Assembly: GCA_013416795.1 (NCBI GenBank)
Contig: RQSC01000602.1
Location: 12,220-75,578, forward strand
Reading direction: 5' to 3'
DNA: 63,359 bases
DNA from: Prasinococcaceae sp. CCMP 1430
Taxonomy: Eukaryota; Plantae; Prasinodermophyta
A program made the translations under genes and the position numbers. Of the stretch, positions 58,194 through 63,359 are shown piece by piece. How positions within the stretch are numbered: the first letter of the stretch is position 1; the number at the start of each line of letters is the position of its first letter. A model generated the notes under the pieces. It was not told where the DNA came from. It did no database searches and worked only from the letters and a program-made list of their open reading frames with translations.

Positions 58194-58300
58194 GCGAGCT
58201 CACATAAAAGTCCACACATGTTACATACAGTACACACAGCGGCGCGCTCGCGTGGCGACAGCGCGGCGGCCGCGTGGCGCCGCCGCGCTCCACGCCGGGC

Positions 58301-58555
58301 TCACGCGTTCCGCTTAAAGAGCTGCAGGCTCCACCAGTTGACGAGCAGCACGCCGAGCGCCACCGGGAAGGTGAGCGGCAGGAGCAGGCACGCGTACTCG
58401 TCCGAGCGAGCCCAGCGCAGCGCGGTGGCGAGGGCTCCATTCGCCTCCGTCGCTTGCGCCGGCGACGGGCGCAGCGCGGGCGGCGGCGCGAGCTTGGCGG
58501 CGAGCAGCGCCACGAGTGCCCCTGCCGCCGCCAGCGCCGCCGCGAGCAGCAGGGC
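58301..58555 (-). CDS. PIG-Y-like GPI-GlcNAc transferase subunit; 5' end uncertain
   Basis: Two hydrophobic segments ending DEYACLLLPLTFPV...VNWWSLQLFKRNA, like the plant PIG-Y family from memory. Confidence 0.6.
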   Translation of the reverse strand, partial: ALLLAAALAAAGALVALLAAKLAPPPALRPSPAQATEANGALATALRWARSDEYACLLLPLTFPVALGVLLVNWWSLQLFKRNA

Positions 58556-58998
58556 TCAATGCGCCCGCGCGAGCCCTCGGCACTGCCTGCGAGTCGGAAC
58601 CCGCGCTGGCGCCCGTCTCCGTCGAGCCCGCCCGGCGCACGCGTCACAGCAGTGCGGACGCAGGCAGGAGTGCCGGCGGAGCTCGCTGAGAGGCGCGCAG
58701 CCGAACCCTGGCGCGGACTGGGCGGCCCGGTCCGCACGCGCCGCGGTGCGCTGCGCCCGCGCGCCGACTGACTGGGTCGCGGACCCGCGAGCGGGACGCG
58801 GGACAACGAGAAACGACGCAATCCATTCAAACACAGGCAGGAGTGCAGATGACTGTGACTGACTGAAACGAGTGCGAGCGATACCAAGCACGGCGCCAAC
58901 GCGCGTACGCGCCCGGCGCGCCCGGCGGGGCGGTCTCGGCGTGGTATTGGCGCTCTGGCTGGGGGGCGACGAGGCGGGGCGGGTCGCCCGCCGCGCGC

Positions 58999-60101
58999 CT
59001 ACTGCGCCGGGGCCGCGACCGAGCCCTCGCCCGTGAGGGGCTTGGGCAGCGGCAGCCTGAACGAGCTCTCGCGGCGGCTCACCTCGATGGCCTGGGAGAG
59101 CGCGCGAGCGGCCTCGTCCGAGCCCGGCGGGTAGACGGCGACCACCTCGGCCTCGAAGAGGAGCGGCTCATCGCGGTGCTGCGCAAGGCGCCGCTTGGCG
59201 CCGAAGGTCTTGGGGCGCGGGCGAACCGTGTCGCTCGACCAGCCCAGCTGCGGCGGCACGAGGACGCGCCGGCGACCGCCCTTGCGCATCCCCACCATGG
59301 CGGGCGGCACCGCCCGCGGCAGGTCGCCCATCTCGCCGAGGGTAAAGGTGTACCTGCGCGTGCGCGCGCGTCGCCGGGTCGACGGAGCCCGCGCATCCGC
59401 CAGCGCGTGCGTGGCGTCAGCGCGTGCGCCGCGGGCGGCGTCGCCGCGGCGCCGTTCGCGTCGAGGCGAGCGCGCGTCGCGACAGCGGCGGCGGCGGCGG
59501 CGGCGGGCAGCGCACGCACAGGTCTCCGACGTCGTCCTCGCCCTCGTTGCCGTACCCCAGGCTCCACAGGAAGACGGGCTTGCCGCCGCTGGAGTACTTG
59601 AAGTAGGCGCCGCTGGAGAGCCGGTACACGATGTAGCGCACGCCCACCACCGACCCGGCCTCGATCGCCGGGCCGGTCGTGCCCACGTCGATCTCGCGGT
59701 ACTTGATGCCGCTCGGCAGCTCGACGAGCTCGCCCGGCTGCTCCTCCTCGGCGCGCTCCTCGCGCCTGGCCTCGCCCAGCGCGCGCGCCTTCTCCAGGTT
59801 GAAGCTCTTGGTCTTGGCCTGGCCGCCGATCTCCATGCCGAAGATCTTCGGAGGGGGCGGCGGCGCCTTGCCGAGGCCGTACGCTCGCGCCTTCGGCGGA
59901 GCCGCGGCAGCAGCGAACGCGGCGGCAGCCGCGCACGCCGCCGCCTCGCCCAGCGCAAGCCGACGCCCGCGCCGCTCACCCCGCTCGGCACGTCCCTCAT
60001 CAGTATCCAAGGGAGGAGCCCTGCGCACCTCCGGCCCCTCCGGCGCGAGCCGCCGCCCCGGCCGCTCCCCGCCGTCAGCGCCCCACCGCCCGTCTCCGCT
60101 C
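58999..60101 (-). CDS. FKBP-type peptidyl-prolyl isomerase, probably thylakoid lumen; 5' end at the n join
   Basis: Tat-like RR plus Ala-rich leader ending ARA, LPSGIKYREIDVG, intron ~59354-59520, YTFTLG, GMRKGGRRRVLVPPQLGW, LLFEAEVV. Confidence 0.8.
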
Positions 60102-60356
60102 NGCGACGGGGGGGGGGGGAGTCGCTGCTCGGACCACTGCTCGCACGCGCAGCGTCGCGCACCGAGCTCCGTCGCACCCCCGCGCCCGTTCCCGCGCGCG
60201 CGTGCGGGTGCGGGCGCAGCGCGGAGGCGGGAGCCTTCGGGAGCGGCGGCCGCGCACACGCGCGCAGCCGCCGGCTCTTGCACGCGCTCCCCGCGTGTGT
60301 TGGGAACCACGGGCTTTGTGCGAGCACACACGTGTGAGAGGCGGGCGGGCGGCGCC

Positions 60357-61394
60357 ATGGCGCATCGCCTGGCCGCCACGCTCGTCATCGCCGTGGCGGC
60401 AGCAGCGCCGAGCGCAGCCGCGAAACCCCGCGCGTGCGAGGCGGACGTTGCCGACGGCTGCGGCGCGTGTCTCTCTGCCGGTTGCGGGTGGGCAGTGGGC
60501 AGGTGCCACTACAGCTGCCTTTACGCACCCACGGACGTTCCGTGCTACGAGGTGAGTGGCGAGGACGACACCACCACACGCTCGCGCGGTGAGGCTGCCG
60601 ATGAGATCTGCGCCATCTCGGACGCCGCCGACGCGGACGCTGCCACTTGCGCAGCCGCTCAGGCCTGCGGCGAGTGCGTCGGCACTCTCAAGACCGACGG
60701 GACGCCATGCGTGTGGTTCGCCGACTTTGACTTCTGCTCCGCACAGGCGTGCGGTCCCATTGGTTGTGGCGAGACCACTTGCGCCTTGGGTCCGTTGCCT
60801 GAGCGGGGCCGCACCGAGTCGGGCTCGTGCATCGTCTGCGAGGACGAGAGCGACGATGCAGAGTGCATCGAGATTAATGTCAGTTGCGTCGCGCAGGAGG
60901 GGACAAAGGGCTGTGAGGAGGGAGAGGCGTGGTTCCTCAAGGACGGGGACTGCTGCGAGGACTGTCACTCTGTGCAGCAGAGCCCGGATGCCGAGGACTA
61001 CGGCTGGAATGACGAGGAGAATCCGTGCATGGTTTGCGAGGGGAGGGGGGCCAGCAAGCAGTGCTACATCATCGATTGCGCTCCCCTCAACTGCCAATAC
61101 GAGTGGTGCACGCAGTGCCCCGAGGGCACCGAGCCGACACTCGCGAAGGGGGCATGCTGCGAGGAGTGCACGCCAGTGATGACAGCCGAGGTCACGGCGG
61201 CGTTCACGGAGGCCAAGAAGAAGACGAAAAAGAAGAGCAAGAAGAAGAACAAAAGGGCATCAAACGCAAAGAAGCTGTCACGCAAGGCCGTCAAGAAGCT
61301 CTGCAAGGGCGCCAAGAACAAGAAGCAGTGCAAGAGGGGCGACGCCAAGAAACATTGCAAGTTCAAGCGGAAGAAGCGCTGCCTCCCAAAGTGA
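60357..61394 (+). CDS. Secreted Cys-rich protein with acidic body and Lys-rich C-terminal tail
   Basis: Signal-like MAHRLAATLVIAVAAAAPSAAA; PSI-like CGACLSAGCGW and CGECVG..CVW repeats; tail KKKTKKKSKKKNKR...KKHCKFKRKKRCLPK. Confidence 0.75.
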   Translation: MAHRLAATLVIAVAAAAPSAAAKPRACEADVADGCGACLSAGCGWAVGRCHYSCLYAPTDVPCYEVSGEDDTTTRSRGEAADEICAISDAADADAATCAAAQACGECVGTLKTDGTPCVWFADFDFCSAQACGPIGCGETTCALGPLPERGRTESGSCIVCEDESDDAECIEINVSCVAQEGTKGCEEGEAWFLKDGDCCEDCHSVQQSPDAEDYGWNDEENPCMVCEGRGASKQCYIIDCAPLNCQYEWCTQCPEGTEPTLAKGACCEECTPVMTAEVTAAFTEAKKKTKKKSKKKNKRASNAKKLSRKAVKKLCKGAKNKKQCKRGDAKKHCKFKRKKRCLPK

Positions 61395-62045
61395 GTGCTG
61401 TAACTCCTGCCTCGGGCTTCTCTCATGTGTACCGAAGTGTTCACGCTGGTCTCGAGCCGCCTTACTGTTTCGGGGCGGTGCTTCCGCGTGATGCCGTTAC
61501 GGCGGCGCCGCCGCCAGCGAGGCGGCTGCGTTCGTGTTCGCCGGCGCCACAGTGCGCGCAGGCGACGCGGCTGCTGCGTCCTCCGCCGGGCATCGCGCGC
61601 GCCGGGGAGCGTCGAGGCCGCCTCGTGCGGTGGGGATCCGGGCGCGAGTGCGTGCGCGTGCCCAGCGTTTGCGTGCGCGCGCGCGCGTGTCGTGTGGGCG
61701 CCGGCGGCGCCGATCGGTGTGCTGCGAGGGCGCTGCTGCCGGTGAGGGCAGGCGCGCTGACGCCGCGGGAGGGTGGGCGACAGTGCGCGCCAGCGCGCAC
61801 GCGCGAGCGGGCGAGGGGCCCAGCACCTCCACTGCCGCGCGCGTGCCGCTGCGCGCGCGCAACCGCGGCCCCCGTGTTGCGCGCGCGCACCCAGCGGCTA
61901 CCAGTGCGTGGCGTCCGGCGTTAGCGCCCTCGCTGTCGCGCCGTTAGCAGTTGTTGTGCGTGCGATGCAAACCTGGCAACCGGCCTTCCCGTGCTGACGC
62001 ACCGCTGGCGCTGCGCGCGGCCCCGCTCCGGCCCTTGCGCGCGCA

Positions 62046-62624
62046 GTGGCGCCTGTCAGCAATGTCTGCATCAAGTACTTCGATATCAAGGGGAAAGCCG
62101 AGTATGTCCGGCTCGCGTTTGCGATCGGGGGCGTCGACTTCACCGACGAGCGCGTGCCCTTCGCAGAGTGGAAGGAGACGAAGCCAAACATGCGCTGGCA
62201 CTACCTGCCCGAGCTGACTCTCACAAACGCCGAGGGCGAACAGGTCACCGTTGGCCAGTCCAACGCCATACTGCGCTTCGCGGGCAAGCTTACTGGCCTC
62301 TATCCCTCAGACGTACGTCGTGCGCGCGCAAGCGCGCCGTGATGCACATCGCACGTCCTGACCCGACGCGCTTCGTGCTCGCCGCGGCGCTGGGCGTGCT
62401 CTCTGTAGGATGTCGAGGCACTCATGGTCGATGAGATCCTCGAGGCGATTGAGGATGCGCGCACGCCCATCCGTGCGAGCCTCCAAGAGAAGGATGTGGA
62501 GAAGAAAGAGGCGATGCGAGCCGAGCTCGCCACCGAGACGATTCCTTACTGGCTGCGGCTCTTCGAGGCACGCGCGGTCGAAAATGGCAGCAACGGCTGC
62601 ATCTGCGGCCCTTCGCTCACCATC
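62046..62624 (+). CDS. Glutathione S-transferase (sigma-like); first codon and last exon not found
   Basis: YFDIKGKAEYVRL, DFTDERV, QSNAILRFAGKLTGLYP; intron 62313-62408; ALMVDEILE...GPSLTI. Confidence 0.85.
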
Positions 62625-63101
62625 GTGCGTGCGCGACGCGCGCGTGGCGCGATCGCGTCGCGGGCGCATCGGTGCCCGCCGAAGTCGATCGAGCTGCGTT
62701 GCGGATCGCGCTGCGCGCACCCATGTTGCGAGCGCGGGAGCTGACGCCGGCGCGACTCCCCTCCTTTCCCGGGCCCTTGTCCCCTCTCGAGGTGTGGCAT
62801 ACGCGCGCGCGCGCGCGAGCGCACCCGCCCACATCCGCACCCGCACTCCGCGGATAGAGGAGCGCGCGGCTCCGGCTGATCCGCCGGATCGGCGCCGATC
62901 CGCCATACGCCGATCCGCCCCGGGCACAGGAGGAGAGCCGAGCCGAAGCCGAAGACTCTCCGCTCACACCCACGCGCACACTGCCCTCCACCACCACCAC
63001 CACACACACACCGCCACCACAGACAGACAGAGAGACACCTCCCCACCTTGCCGCCGGCGGCCACAGCGGGCGCGGGCGGCGCGGCGGGCCCCGCGGCGGC
63101 G

Positions 63102-63359
63102 ATGGCGGGGGGCGGCGGCCGGGGGGGCAAGAAGGTGAGCGTGGCGGTGGTCGACCGCGCCGAGCCCAAGTTCCTCGCGCAGGCGCGGGCCAAGCTGGGC
63201 CTCGGCGGCGGAGGAGTGGGAGGAGGAGGAGGAGGGGGAGGGGCGGCGGCGGCGGCGGCGGCGCGCGCGGCGCGAGAGCGGCCCGAGGGCGACGACGAGG
63301 CGCCCACCGTTGTGGAGGACCTGTGGGCGCACCGCGACGCGGGGTCGCTTGCGCGCGCC
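63102..63359 (+). CDS. DUF4604/KIAA1143-like protein, runs off the window end
   Basis: MAGGGGRGGKKVSVAVVDRAEPKFLAQARAKLG...DDEAPTVV recalls the family N-terminus from memory. Confidence 0.5.
   Translation, partial: MAGGGGRGGKKVSVAVVDRAEPKFLAQARAKLGLGGGGVGGGGGGGGAAAAAAARAARERPEGDDEAPTVVEDLWAHRDAGSLARA

Noticed and set aside
62625-63100. GST as a biologically truncated pseudogene
   Set aside because: A good acceptor near 62788 leads into a GC run and unrelated sequence; other genes here also lose ends at GC-rich sites, so an assembly collapse is more likely.
1-63359. Prokaryotic or viral origin of the window suggested by the histidine kinase, AruH, LVIVD and iota-CA genes
   Set aside because: Consistent spliceosomal introns, eukaryotic housekeeping genes and TGTAA signals throughout.

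Overview
Gene-dense, very GC-rich eukaryotic nuclear DNA with short GT-AG introns. Plant-type RPL35, VPS32, type II H+-PPase, ABCG24/28-like and PIG-Y-like genes, plus TGTAA motifs after several stop codons, point to a green-lineage microalga (inference; species not determined). About 30 genes or gene fragments are recognisable. The assembly is gapped (N runs 3589-3871, 4808-5150, 16001-16180, 34673-34851, 38732-39050; single-n joins at 1219, 10599, 48959, 60102), and several 5' ends are missing, so odd junctions need read-level checks. Best leads: (1) a domain-rearranged cytosine methyltransferase with mixed DNMT3 and DRM signatures (43764-45497), bracketed by a 35-bp inverted repeat and followed by interstitial telomeric repeats and a divergent gag-like ORF; (2) an AruH-like aminotransferase fused to a GhrA-like D-2-hydroxyacid reductase (40654-43459), a candidate two-step amino acid to 2-hydroxy acid enzyme, possibly for the first two steps of algal DMSP synthesis; (3) two COG4337-type iota carbonic anhydrase genes with 8 and 6 tandem domains showing sequence exchange; (4) a histidine kinase that runs without a stop into a TTLL6-like glutamylase; (5) an unexplained, highly structured ~390-nt intergenic segment (22937-23324). 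All family assignments come from motifs recognised by eye; no database search was run.
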